From: an uncultured Clostridia bacterium | GTDB lineage: Bacteria; Bacillota; Clostridia; TANB77; CAG-508 | Direction of reading: 5' to 3' | Assembly: GCA_949388605.1 (NCBI GenBank) | Contig: CASKJV010000001.1 | Span: 114,352-154,351 of the forward strand | DNA: 40,000 nt | Shown here: positions 20,133 to 29,625 of the stretch, piece after piece | How the letters are laid out: each line of letters starts with the position of its first letter | Position numbering within the stretch: position 1 is the stretch's first letter | The notes under the pieces: generated by a model | Told to the model about the DNA's origin: nothing | The model's input: only the letters and a program-made list of their open reading frames with translations | The model's database searches: none | Position numbers and translations under genes: made by a program

Positions 20133-21230
20133 ATGAATGTTGATATTATTGAGAAACCTAAAAAGAATATTAGTGAAGATATAAAAGTTAGTTCTTCTAC
20201 AGATATTTTAAAGTTAAAAGATGTTCAAGAGATTAGAAATGCAATCCGTGAACATCTTTTATTTATTGGATTAGACAATAGAAATAATGTTAGAAATATT
20301 ACTTTATTAGGAATTGGAACTTCTTGTAATGTTGTAATAGATACAAAAGAAATTATAAGAACTGCACTCTATTCTGCAAGTAATAAGGTTATTTTAGTAC
20401 ATAATCATCCTTCAAATAATTTAGAGCCAAGTAATGAGGATTTACATTTAACAAGTGTAACAAATGAAATGTTAAAAGTATTTAATATTCAACTTCAAGA
20501 CCATATTATTGTTACTGAAAAAGATCATATTAGTATGGATAAGATACAGAAAATCAGCAAAGAAAAGAATATTAAGTCTATAAATAATTTGAAAAAGGGA
20601 TTGTTATTAGAAGAAAATGAAAGATTAAAACAACGAATAAATGAACTACAAAAAGAAGTAGGAAAGTCTAATTCATTAGAAATTGTTTCTGCTGAATATG
20701 TAGGAAGTTATAATGATACTACTGTCTATAATGTAGAAATATCTTTAAATGGGAAAAAAGAATATGTAACATTAGAAAGAAGTTATAATGACAGGACTTC
20801 AAGTCATAAATGGGAAGTATTTTCAAATCTAGGATTAAAAGATGAAGAAACAGACTATATTATTCAAATTGTATCTAAAAATCCTCCAGCAATGTCTATT
20901 GATGAACCATCTAAAATATATAATCAAGATATAGAAGAAAACATAGAGGAAACAATTACAAGCATATTAGATTTAGACAATAAAAACTATTTTACAGTTG
21001 CTAGAGTAATGGAAAATAATAAGTGTGTAGAACTTCATTACAATAGTGGAAAAGCTCATATTGAATATGGAATAAGAATAAGGGAAGATACTTGGGAGAA
21101 TGAAATTAAAGAAGATATTAAATGGTTCAATTTAGGACTTACAGATGATGAGGTTTTAGAGCACTTAAATAAAGAATTTGAATATTACTTTATTGAAAAA
21201 GAAATTGAAGTAGATTATAACAAATATTAA
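20133..21230 (+). CDS. RadC-like JAB/MPN domain protein with a ~200-aa C-terminal extension containing an internal duplication
   Basis: JAMM motif LVHNHPSNNLEPSNEDLHLT. The C-terminal halves each end in FSNLGLKDEE or WFNLGLTDDE. Confidence 0.8.
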   Translation: MNVDIIEKPKKNISEDIKVSSSTDILKLKDVQEIRNAIREHLLFIGLDNRNNVRNITLLGIGTSCNVVIDTKEIIRTALYSASNKVILVHNHPSNNLEPSNEDLHLTSVTNEMLKVFNIQLQDHIIVTEKDHISMDKIQKISKEKNIKSINNLKKGLLLEENERLKQRINELQKEVGKSNSLEIVSAEYVGSYNDTTVYNVEISLNGKKEYVTLERSYNDRTSSHKWEVFSNLGLKDEETDYIIQIVSKNPPAMSIDEPSKIYNQDIEENIEETITSILDLDNKNYFTVARVMENNKCVELHYNSGKAHIEYGIRIREDTWENEIKEDIKWFNLGLTDDEVLEHLNKEFEYYFIEKEIEVDYNKY

Positions 21231-21247
21231 ATCAAAGGAGAATCAAT

Positions 21248-22282
21248 ATGGATAATACGATACAAATGAATTTATTTGAATATTTTTTCGATAAAGAACA
21301 ATTTTCTATGAAAGAAGCAACAGATGTAGTAAAAAATATTAGAAATATGCAAGTAAACAATGAATCAATACGAGCTCGTATCTATGAGGGAGTAGAAAAA
21401 GGAATATTTACTAAAATAACTAGAGGTGTATATAAAGTAACAAGTCAAATAGACGGAAAAGATAATACTTGTTTACTTATAAATGGAGATGGTAGGGATT
21501 TGTCAATGATAAAAGACAAATCCATTGATGGTATAATTACTGATCATCCATACGATATACAAAAGTCTTTAACTGGAGGAAATAGAAAGTTTGCTACATT
21601 TGAATTATTTAAGTATGAAAGCAAAGATTTTAAAGAAAAACAAAGAGTATTAAAAGATGGTGCTTTTCTTGTAGAGTTTTTACCAGAGGAATCAGAAGTG
21701 AATTTTGATTACTTATATGAAGTTAAGAAAATGGCACAAGAAAATGGATTCAAATATTTTGCAAAAGTATCTTGGAAGAAAGGAAATTTTGTTTCTAACA
21801 CAGGAAGAAAAAGCAAGAATGTTGAAGATGTTATGATTTTTAGTAATGGAGAGCCACGCAATTTAAAGTTAGATGCTAAAAAAAATTTAGAAATTGCTAG
21901 AAATAATAATTTAGATACAAAAGGACTATCATCATACGAAGTAAGAGATATGCTACAAGAACATAATCTTGATGTGGCATATATGAAGGGAACTGCTGGG
22001 ATGCTTCCTACTGCATTTGACTATCAACCTAAAAATTCAAAAGACAAAATTATGGAAGCAGAAAAGCCAGTAGAATTGATTGAAGAAATAATTGAATATA
22101 TTTCTAAACCTTATGAAACTTTATTAGACCAATACGCAGGGAGTGGAAATTTTGTAATTGCTTGTTATAACAAAAAGAGAAATGCAGTTGCTATAGAGAA
22201 AAACAAGGAAATGTTTGAAAATATGAAAGATAATATTGAAAAAAATTTAGAAGTTGAATTTGATGAAATAGAATATGAGTAA
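21248..22282 (+). CDS. Orphan DNA methyltransferase (N6-adenine or N4-cytosine, beta-class motif order)
   Basis: Catalytic motif ITDHPYD precedes the AdoMet motif DQYAGSGNF. No adjacent endonuclease. Confidence 0.75.
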   Translation: MDNTIQMNLFEYFFDKEQFSMKEATDVVKNIRNMQVNNESIRARIYEGVEKGIFTKITRGVYKVTSQIDGKDNTCLLINGDGRDLSMIKDKSIDGIITDHPYDIQKSLTGGNRKFATFELFKYESKDFKEKQRVLKDGAFLVEFLPEESEVNFDYLYEVKKMAQENGFKYFAKVSWKKGNFVSNTGRKSKNVEDVMIFSNGEPRNLKLDAKKNLEIARNNNLDTKGLSSYEVRDMLQEHNLDVAYMKGTAGMLPTAFDYQPKNSKDKIMEAEKPVELIEEIIEYISKPYETLLDQYAGSGNFVIACYNKKRNAVAIEKNKEMFENMKDNIEKNLEVEFDEIEYE

Positions 22283-22288
22283 CATTTG

Positions 22289-22318
22289 GAAGCAAATCGA
22301 AAGATGAGCTTCTTTTTT
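22289..22318 (+). terminator. Weak terminator candidate
   Basis: GAAGC/GCTTC stem with a 14-nt loop, followed by TTTTTT. Confidence 0.35.
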
Positions 22319-22338
22319 GTTAGAAAGGAGAATGGAAA

Positions 22339-23028
22339 ATGGGACAAAGAAGTCAAATATATATAAGAATTTGGAATAAAGATAATGGTACTCCAAAATT
22401 ATATGCTAAATATTATGGATGGAATTTTGGAGAACGTATGATTTCTCGTGCAAAACACGGAATTGAATATATAAAAGCACATATAGAATACATCTCACTA
22501 AAAGATACACAAGAAAAGATAAATAGAATATTTGATGTCAATTTTGATATGGGAGATATATTACTTACATCTGACATTATAAAAGAATGGATAGAACAAT
22601 TTTCAGATAGTTATAATGCAAATGAATATATTTTTAAATGTACTGCAAATAATGATGGAAAGCTATTTATTGATGTTACAAAAGATGGTGAAATAAAGTA
22701 TTGTTTTACAGATTATGATATGAGGATGCTAACACCAGTTAAATATATGGACTGGGATTTTTTTGATTGGAGAAACTCCGAACAATTATCAAAAGAGGAA
22801 CTTAAAACTTGTGAAGATAATATTGCATATATCAAGAAAAATGCTAAATTTATGACATCAGCAGAATTGCAAGAATTTATTGATTTTGACTATTCAAAGC
22901 AAATAATGGAATTAGCAAATGATTTAAAGATAAAAGTAAATCAAGATAAATTATGCAGATTCGATATAGATAAACAAGAAATAGAAAAAAATAAAGAAGA
23001 AAATGGAATAAGTGAGGTGGAAATATAA
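22339..23028 (+). CDS. Hypothetical protein
   Basis: ORF with AAAGGAG upstream. No motif recognised. Confidence 0.55.
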   Translation: MGQRSQIYIRIWNKDNGTPKLYAKYYGWNFGERMISRAKHGIEYIKAHIEYISLKDTQEKINRIFDVNFDMGDILLTSDIIKEWIEQFSDSYNANEYIFKCTANNDGKLFIDVTKDGEIKYCFTDYDMRMLTPVKYMDWDFFDWRNSEQLSKEELKTCEDNIAYIKKNAKFMTSAELQEFIDFDYSKQIMELANDLKIKVNQDKLCRFDIDKQEIEKNKEENGISEVEI

Positions 23029-23029
23029 T

Positions 23030-23362
23030 ATGACAGATAAACAAATAGAAAAAATAAGAAATGAAATACCACGATTTGAAAATGGAAATCCGTGTAATTT
23101 AACACCAGAGCAAAAACAATTACATAAAGAGTTAGATTGTAGAAATATGATAAACAGTTGCTTATGTTATGGAACTAATTTTTTAGAATCGCATTATAGC
23201 AAACCATATATTCAAGAATTAGGAAAAGAAAGAGTGATTGAACTTTATAACGAACAAAAAGCAGACTTCGACAAAGCAATAGTTTTTCATAATGTTTATG
23301 AAGATAGTGAGGGAGTAACTTACAATTCGATTAAATGGGCAGATGAAATAGAAATGAATTAA
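23030..23362 (+). CDS. Hypothetical protein
   Basis: ATG at 23030 lies 9 nt after GAGGTGG. The tracked GTG at 23012 overlaps the SD. Confidence 0.5.
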   Translation: MTDKQIEKIRNEIPRFENGNPCNLTPEQKQLHKELDCRNMINSCLCYGTNFLESHYSKPYIQELGKERVIELYNEQKADFDKAIVFHNVYEDSEGVTYNSIKWADEIEMN

Positions 23363-23385
23363 ATAAGAAGAAAGAAGGGATTGCT

Positions 23386-24060
23386 ATGAAGAAAGTATTT
23401 AGTGTATTTGCTCAAAATTTAGCCTACTATAATGAAGGTAGTATTGAGGGAGATTGGATAGATTTGCCTCAATCTCCAGAAATTATAGATAAATATTTGA
23501 AAGAAGTAGTAAAGGTTGATGATGAACACGAAGAATATGAGATTGCAGATGTTGATGAAATAGGAGCTTTTCCATATAGTTCAATTCAATGGGCTAGTGT
23601 AAGAGATTTAAACAATCTTGCAGTTATATTTAGTAAGTTGAATGAGTTTCAAAGAGAGGCTGTTCAAGCATATTTAATATATGAAGGCAATGAGCATTAT
23701 GACATAAGTGAATTAGAAAATCTTTGTTTACAAGTAGATAATATAAACTATTATCAATATAATTTTGAAGGATTAGAATACAATAAAGATTGTTCTCCAG
23801 AATTAAAGATGGGATATACAATGGCAGAGGAAAATGGAATTTATATGCAACTACAAAAACAAAAGATAATTGATTATTTTGACTTTGAGAAATACGGAGA
23901 GAGTTTTGGATATGATTATGAACTCTTGGAAAAAGGATATATGATTCCAAATTATGATATAGATTTGCAATTATATTCTAAAGAAGAAATACAAGAAAAA
24001 GTAAATGAAATTTTAAAAGAACAATCAAAGGAAAGAGAGGTACAAGAAATTGAGATATAA
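23386..24060 (+). CDS. ardA: ArdA-family antirestriction protein (DNA mimic, anti-type I R-M)
   Basis: VFAQNLAYYNEGSIEGDWIDLP, EEYEIADVDE and DYFDFEKYGESFGYDYELLEKG align with my recollection of Tn916 Orf18/ArdA (VYIANLGKYNEGELVGAWFTFP, EYAIHDYE, NYIDYQAYGRDL). Strongly acidic. Confidence 0.85.
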   Translation: MKKVFSVFAQNLAYYNEGSIEGDWIDLPQSPEIIDKYLKEVVKVDDEHEEYEIADVDEIGAFPYSSIQWASVRDLNNLAVIFSKLNEFQREAVQAYLIYEGNEHYDISELENLCLQVDNINYYQYNFEGLEYNKDCSPELKMGYTMAEENGIYMQLQKQKIIDYFDFEKYGESFGYDYELLEKGYMIPNYDIDLQLYSKEEIQEKVNEILKEQSKEREVQEIEI

Positions 24061-24916
24061 AGGGAAAATTAAAGACTTAAATCATATTGTAATATCTGAT
24101 CCAACCTACAAAAAAGATGTGTGGTGCAGATATGAAAGAAATAATATAAATGAAAAAAATTGGAAAGTTGATATAGATATACATCCAGTTGAAGATAAAT
24201 TTGAAGAAATAACTATAAAAGGTACAGAATTTTTCTTGTGTATATATAGAAACAGCAAAGTATGTCAATTAGAAAATGAAGGCACAATAAAAACATTAAA
24301 AGGAATTAAGGTTAGTGAAACAGAAATTGGAATGGACACAGCTTGTGTTGCATTAGGAATAAACGATAAAGCAAAAGATATTATCGAATCGCAAAAAGAG
24401 TGGCAGCCAGAATGTTCATTAAGCACTCTTACAGATGGAATATTTGGAACAGTAAAAGAAGGAAAGTTAGGCGATAATATTGTATTTGTTTGGGTATCTG
24501 GATATTTATGTGAAGATACAGGATATTCTATGGAAGATATAATTGACTATTTACAATACCAATTAAACATCACAGAATTAGAAAAGGATTTACAAAGACC
24601 TTATATTATAAAACAAGAAGAAACACTAGAGAAAATGCACAATATAGCATTAAAATTCAAAGAAATTGCAAAAGAAGATCCAAAACTTTTAAATTTCTTT
24701 AATAAAGATAATAGATTTTCAAATATATCATTTGCAGGTACTTATTTAGCTGGGATAGCAGTTAGAAATGAGCAAAGAAAATCTGGAAATTTAGAAGGTG
24801 AAATGGAAAAATCACCTTATTCTAAACAGCAAGAAAAACTAATAGAAGAATATACAAATTTACAAGCAGAATTTGAAAAAACAGAAAATGAATTAGAAAA
24901 CGAACTTGATATGTAG
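24050..24916 (+). CDS. Hypothetical protein
   Basis: TTG start 9 nt after GAGAGG. No motif recognised. Confidence 0.5.
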   Translation: MRYKGKIKDLNHIVISDPTYKKDVWCRYERNNINEKNWKVDIDIHPVEDKFEEITIKGTEFFLCIYRNSKVCQLENEGTIKTLKGIKVSETEIGMDTACVALGINDKAKDIIESQKEWQPECSLSTLTDGIFGTVKEGKLGDNIVFVWVSGYLCEDTGYSMEDIIDYLQYQLNITELEKDLQRPYIIKQEETLEKMHNIALKFKEIAKEDPKLLNFFNKDNRFSNISFAGTYLAGIAVRNEQRKSGNLEGEMEKSPYSKQQEKLIEEYTNLQAEFEKTENELENELDM

Positions 24917-24928
24917 GAGGTATAAAAA

Positions 24929-25891
24929 ATGCACAGAGGAACAGTTTTTATTATAACAAAAGACAAAGATAACAAATTTGAAGTACAAAAATCAACAGAA
25001 TTTAATGGTGGAATGGGATTAGATTGTGATGGTAGAGCAATTTATGATATGTTAAGAGATTTTAAAGAGCCATTATTATTCGATGCTATGATTAGAGATT
25101 TTGATGATAGATATTTCAAATATGGAGATGATGTTATGACTTATTCTCCAGATGAACAGCATAATCCATATATTGATAAAAAAGGAAATGAATATTTTGA
25201 ATATTCGCAAACTGAAAATCAATTTAAGTTTTTCAAAGATGATAATGGGGAATATATTTATACAAGTGATAGTAACTACATTAAGAATATGTCAGATGAA
25301 GATATAACAGTAGTATGTAGTAACGGAAATTATGTTTTGAAACCAAATCAAATTTTAATTACAGATTATAATGAATGTATAAACAATACTAGAATAACAT
25401 TTGGAGAGGAAATTGATAAAAAAATAGAGATTGATGAATTAGGAACAAAAGAGTATATTCCTACTAGAAAGCAGGAAATTATACTAAATAATATTATAAA
25501 GACAATAGAATCATTTAACTATAATGTTAATCTTATATATGAAAATGGAATGATTAGTGGTATGGAAATTGAAACTTGGACCAATGGTGGAGTGGATATG
25601 ATACATACCTTTTATTTTTGTGATGATTATCAAGAACTATATGACAAAGAGAATGTAAGTAAACAACTTCAAGAGCTAGTAGATAATTTTTCAATAGATG
25701 ATGAAATTGATACATATAGACAAGATAAAAATTATAAAAGTAATTTTTCAATTAGTGAATCATTAGAAGATTTTACTGAATATCAAAAGAGATTAGAGGA
25801 TTTAGCTAGAAATTTTATAACAAAATATCACGAGTTAATTTATCAAAAATTTATGAATAATGAATTACAAAAGGAGGAAATGCAATTATGA
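24929..25891 (+). CDS. Hypothetical acidic protein
   Basis: ATG after GGAGG. No motif recognised. Confidence 0.55.
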   Translation: MHRGTVFIITKDKDNKFEVQKSTEFNGGMGLDCDGRAIYDMLRDFKEPLLFDAMIRDFDDRYFKYGDDVMTYSPDEQHNPYIDKKGNEYFEYSQTENQFKFFKDDNGEYIYTSDSNYIKNMSDEDITVVCSNGNYVLKPNQILITDYNECINNTRITFGEEIDKKIEIDELGTKEYIPTRKQEIILNNIIKTIESFNYNVNLIYENGMISGMEIETWTNGGVDMIHTFYFCDDYQELYDKENVSKQLQELVDNFSIDDEIDTYRQDKNYKSNFSISESLEDFTEYQKRLEDLARNFITKYHELIYQKFMNNELQKEEMQL

Positions 25892-26646
25892 AACTTATAA
25901 CAAAGGAATTAGAAAAAACATTTGAAAAATATCCAATAGGAAGTCAAGATGGACTAGGAGGAGATGCAAAGGTTATTGCAAAATTTTTCAATCCAGCAGG
26001 AGTAGGAACTTGGTTAATAACGGAAGCAGAAAAAACAGAAGATGGTGATTATGAAATGTTCGGATATTGCCATCTAGGAGATGATGAAATGGCTGAACTT
26101 GGATATGTAATGTTATCTGAATTAGAAGAATTAACATTACCATTTGGACTAAAGGTTGAAAGAGATATGTATATACCAAAAGATTGCAATCTTATTCAAG
26201 CAATGAGGATAACAGGTATTACACCACCATCGTATATGTTAGAAGAATATCAAGAGAAAATATATGAAAGAGTATGTAAAAAATATGTTCCTATGAGTTC
26301 AAATCAGATACTTTTAAATGATGATGATAAGATTATTATTGCACTAATTAAAGCTGAAAGTATAGATAAAATTAACGCTAAAGAAATAACAGCAGAAAAC
26401 TATAAAAATTATTCTGAAAACTTTGATTCATTTACTACATATAGAGAATTATTTAAGTCTTTTGAAATGAATGAAGGAATAGAAACTGATTTAGAAGATA
26501 TGAAAAATTCATTATATGATGAAAAAGGAAAATGGACCTATGGAATATCAAAAGAAGATATATTAGAACTAAATTCATTCGGTGAAAGGATTAATTTGAA
26601 TTTACTAAAACAAGATAAAGATATATCAGATGAATTATTTGATTAG
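25888..26646 (+). CDS. DUF2958-domain protein (common in conjugative-element leading regions)
   Basis: N-terminal AKFFNPAGVGTWLITEAE...GDYEMFGYCHLG.DEMAELGYVMLSELEEL..PFGLKVERD matches the DUF2958 pattern. Confidence 0.7.
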   Translation: MKLITKELEKTFEKYPIGSQDGLGGDAKVIAKFFNPAGVGTWLITEAEKTEDGDYEMFGYCHLGDDEMAELGYVMLSELEELTLPFGLKVERDMYIPKDCNLIQAMRITGITPPSYMLEEYQEKIYERVCKKYVPMSSNQILLNDDDKIIIALIKAESIDKINAKEITAENYKNYSENFDSFTTYRELFKSFEMNEGIETDLEDMKNSLYDEKGKWTYGISKEDILELNSFGERINLNLLKQDKDISDELFD

Positions 26647-26671
26647 ATATAAAAAGTAGGAGGTATGCAAT

Positions 26672-27139
26672 ATGACAGTAGAGAAATTTTTAAGTAAATG
26701 GTATGATAAAGAAATAGAAGATGGGGGGAGTGAAACATCGCCAGAATATAGAAACTTTCAATCAAATTATAGAAGTGTTTTAAAAGAAATTTGTAAAGAT
26801 ATTGGGATGGAATTACATTCATTTAGCAAAAATCATTATGATTTTTCAGCAGTAGTAAAAAGCAATAATACAAACCAATTTTATTATATTTCAATATCTG
26901 ATGTTAGGTATTGGAAAAATGAATGGGCGGATGATATATTATACAGAACAATGGAACATGATAAGGATTGGACAGGTGGTAGTAATTGCTATACCACATT
27001 ACAAGAATTAGCAGAGAACTTGCTTAATTTAGATATACGAATAGGGAAAAATTTAGAAAATGAAAATACTAGACAAATTGCAAATCAAGTCGAATTTCAA
27101 GAGGATAAATCAGATGACTTGGATGTAAATTATGTCTAG
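26672..27139 (+). CDS. Hypothetical protein
   Basis: ATG after AGGAGG. No motif recognised. Confidence 0.55.
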   Translation: MTVEKFLSKWYDKEIEDGGSETSPEYRNFQSNYRSVLKEICKDIGMELHSFSKNHYDFSAVVKSNNTNQFYYISISDVRYWKNEWADDILYRTMEHDKDWTGGSNCYTTLQELAENLLNLDIRIGKNLENENTRQIANQVEFQEDKSDDLDVNYV

Positions 27140-27171
27140 TCTTTTTTTATTTAGAAAGGAAAATAATTACA

Positions 27172-27948
27172 ATGAATGAAATGGAAAAATTTTTAAATTT
27201 TGGTGCAGTTGTAAAAATAAGGCGAAGTTTTGATGATGATCTTCTAAAATTTATTGAACTTATGAAAAGTGTAGGCTTTTTAAAAGAATATATAGAATGT
27301 TTTGAAAAAAATTGTTGTTATGATAAAGAGTTCAATGAATTTTCAGAAAGTCAATTTTGGCATTATGTAGAAATAAATAATGGAAATAGGAATGACACGT
27401 GTATTGAATTTCAATGGAGTAAAGGATTTACTTGGGGAGATAGAAAAGATTATTTAAACTATGATAGTGAAATGAAAATATTAAATGTAGATGAACTAAT
27501 ACATGCTTGTAACAAGGAGCATTTATTTAAAATGAACTATGAATATACCGATTTCAAAAATGAATTACAAGATAAAGAAAGTGCATCTAATTTAGATTAC
27601 TTTTTAGACTTTTATGATTGGTCTATTACAAAATATCCAGATGGAAAATATAACATAAAAGATGAACAATGCAACACTTTTGATTTTGAAGAAAATACCA
27701 CACTAGATAAAATTCTTAATAGAGTTTATTTTAGAATGTTTGATTATTTTACAGATGAAGAAGATATTGAAGAACTTATGAAAGAAGATTCTCAATATGT
27801 AAAAAAGAAATATGAAAGTTATATGAGAACTGGAGAAAAACTGCATCTATTAGATGAAGATAATAAGAAACATTATACAGAGTGGTTTCAAGAAATTATA
27901 AAGGGAAATGAATCAAAAAACACTATCGAAATGAATAATGATATGTAA
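27172..27948 (+). CDS. Hypothetical acidic protein
   Basis: ORF with AAAGGAAA upstream. D/E-rich. Confidence 0.55.
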   Translation: MNEMEKFLNFGAVVKIRRSFDDDLLKFIELMKSVGFLKEYIECFEKNCCYDKEFNEFSESQFWHYVEINNGNRNDTCIEFQWSKGFTWGDRKDYLNYDSEMKILNVDELIHACNKEHLFKMNYEYTDFKNELQDKESASNLDYFLDFYDWSITKYPDGKYNIKDEQCNTFDFEENTTLDKILNRVYFRMFDYFTDEEDIEELMKEDSQYVKKKYESYMRTGEKLHLLDEDNKKHYTEWFQEIIKGNESKNTIEMNNDM

Positions 27949-27973
27949 AAAAATAAAGAATTGAGGTAATAAA

Positions 27974-29359
27974 ATGGATGAAAAAAGGAAAGAAAAAATT
28001 GTAAAGTTTTTTAGAGAAATTTTAAATGTATATGATTTTCAATTAGTAATTGATACTAACAAAAATCTAGAAAATGTATTTAGATTAAGTGATAATCAAA
28101 AAGGAAATCTAAATGGAATAGAACAAGAAGAATTTTATACGTTAGCAGATATTATTAGTCGACTAGATACTTATCATCAAGACATTGTTTATACACCACT
28201 TGAAAATAAACAAAATAGTAATGAGAAAATTCCAAAAGATGATTGGGATTTAGTTGCTAAAAGATATTTAGAAAGCGATGTTGTAGCAAGAGTTTTAGAT
28301 GAAGTTGATACAAAAAAATATGTTGAGTTAATTAACAAAAAAGAAAAATTTAAGATACAAGATATTATAAAAATACTTGATGAAGATGAACAGTTTTGTA
28401 AGAGTGTTTGTAAGAAATATATAGATACAATGTCAAAGGAAATGTTACTAGAAATCAATAATAAAATTATACACATTTTTATCGAAGATGACTATATAGA
28501 ATTAAAAGAGGAAGGAAAAATAAACATACAAAATTATAAAGAATATTTAGATGGAGATTTTAACATATATGAATACAATTCATATCAAGAATTATACAAT
28601 TCTTTGGTAAAGGATGAGATTGCTTATGACCTAAATGACTTGGCATTATTTGATGAAAAAGGTAATTGGGATTTCTATATTACTTTTGAAGAATTGAAAA
28701 AAGTTGGATATGGATATATGGTAAAAGACCAATTTCCATTGATAGAAAAATATGCAGTACCAGAAGAAAAAATATTTGAATTTTTTGAATATTTTACGCT
28801 AGAACAACTTGAAGATTTTGAAGAAACTTTACATTTATATTTTGAAACAAATGATATAGAATATGATAAAGATACTTTAGAATTATATTCAAAATCAAAT
28901 CAACAGTTCAATTCTAATATAATTTGTTTAGCAGAGGGAGCTGAATCATTAGAAGATTTTTTAGAAGATTACAAAGGACAATCTCTAAATTATTATGATT
29001 TAGTCCTTTCAAAAGTTATAGAATATTTTAGAGAAAACAAGATAAAAGATTTAATGGAATATGGAAATGATGCAGATGAAGGATTATATCATTTTTCTTC
29101 TATGTATCAAGAAATAATGGATAAATTAGATATAAAATATTCAAATGTTTACACAAAAGATATATCAGATGGCAAGTATTTAACAATTATTATTTTTGAA
29201 GATAATTCTTCTATAAAAATAGATACAAGTGCTTGGAATGACAGAAAAGTTGTTGCAGAAAATGTAGAATCTATTTGTAAAAAATATGAAGAAATAAAAG
29301 AAAAAATGCTTCAAAATGTTGTAAAAAACGAAACAGAAATTGAATATGGTTTTAATTAA
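27974..29359 (+). CDS. Hypothetical, very acidic 461-aa protein
   Basis: ATG after GAGGTAA. D/E-rich throughout. Last gene before the structured non-coding element. Confidence 0.6.
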   Translation: MDEKRKEKIVKFFREILNVYDFQLVIDTNKNLENVFRLSDNQKGNLNGIEQEEFYTLADIISRLDTYHQDIVYTPLENKQNSNEKIPKDDWDLVAKRYLESDVVARVLDEVDTKKYVELINKKEKFKIQDIIKILDEDEQFCKSVCKKYIDTMSKEMLLEINNKIIHIFIEDDYIELKEEGKINIQNYKEYLDGDFNIYEYNSYQELYNSLVKDEIAYDLNDLALFDEKGNWDFYITFEELKKVGYGYMVKDQFPLIEKYAVPEEKIFEFFEYFTLEQLEDFEETLHLYFETNDIEYDKDTLELYSKSNQQFNSNIICLAEGAESLEDFLEDYKGQSLNYYDLVLSKVIEYFRENKIKDLMEYGNDADEGLYHFSSMYQEIMDKLDIKYSNVYTKDISDGKYLTIIIFEDNSSIKIDTSAWNDRKVVAENVESICKKYEEIKEKMLQNVVKNETEIEYGFN

Positions 29360-29370
29360 AAAATTGAATG

Positions 29371-29397
29371 AAAGTGGAGTTGAAAATACTCCACTTT
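29371..29397 (+). terminator. Terminator-like hairpin
   Basis: AAAGTGGAGT-tgaaaat-ACTCCACTTT (10-bp stem). The T-tract is short and is followed by an A-run. Confidence 0.5.
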
Positions 29398-29425
29398 TAA
29401 AAAAAAATGAAACAAAAAATATCTC

Positions 29426-29582
29426 CCAGCGGGCAAAATGGGTTTTAGGGCTTTTGCCCTAAACAGCGAAAAAGGGTGTCAAGACACCACGCTGGCGAAT
29501 AATGGGCATTAAAAATGATCCTCATTATTCGGAGCAAATAAATTGCTCTAGATTTCTTGTTCTACGCTTCGCTAGTACAAGA
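29426..29582. other. GC-rich, highly structured non-coding element with five hairpins (candidate single-strand initiation/promoter element, oriT accessory region or ncRNA)
   Basis: Outer stem CCAGCG(29426)/CGCTGG(29490) encloses GGGCAAAA/TTTTGCCC and GGTGTC/GACACC. It is followed by CGAATAATG/CATTATTCG (9 bp), AGCAA/TTGCT and TCTTGT...ACAAGA. No ORF. Confidence 0.5.
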
Positions 29583-29625
29583 ATATTTGAAAATATAAAA
29601 AGGAATATTTTAGAGGTGGATTTGT

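Noticed and set aside
29400-29620. The GC-rich structured region as a tRNA or tmRNA gene, possibly a CGG or quadruplet decoder.
   Set aside because: It has no cloverleaf geometry, no GTTCRANYC T-loop and no acceptor stem of the correct spacing. The hairpins are arranged serially.
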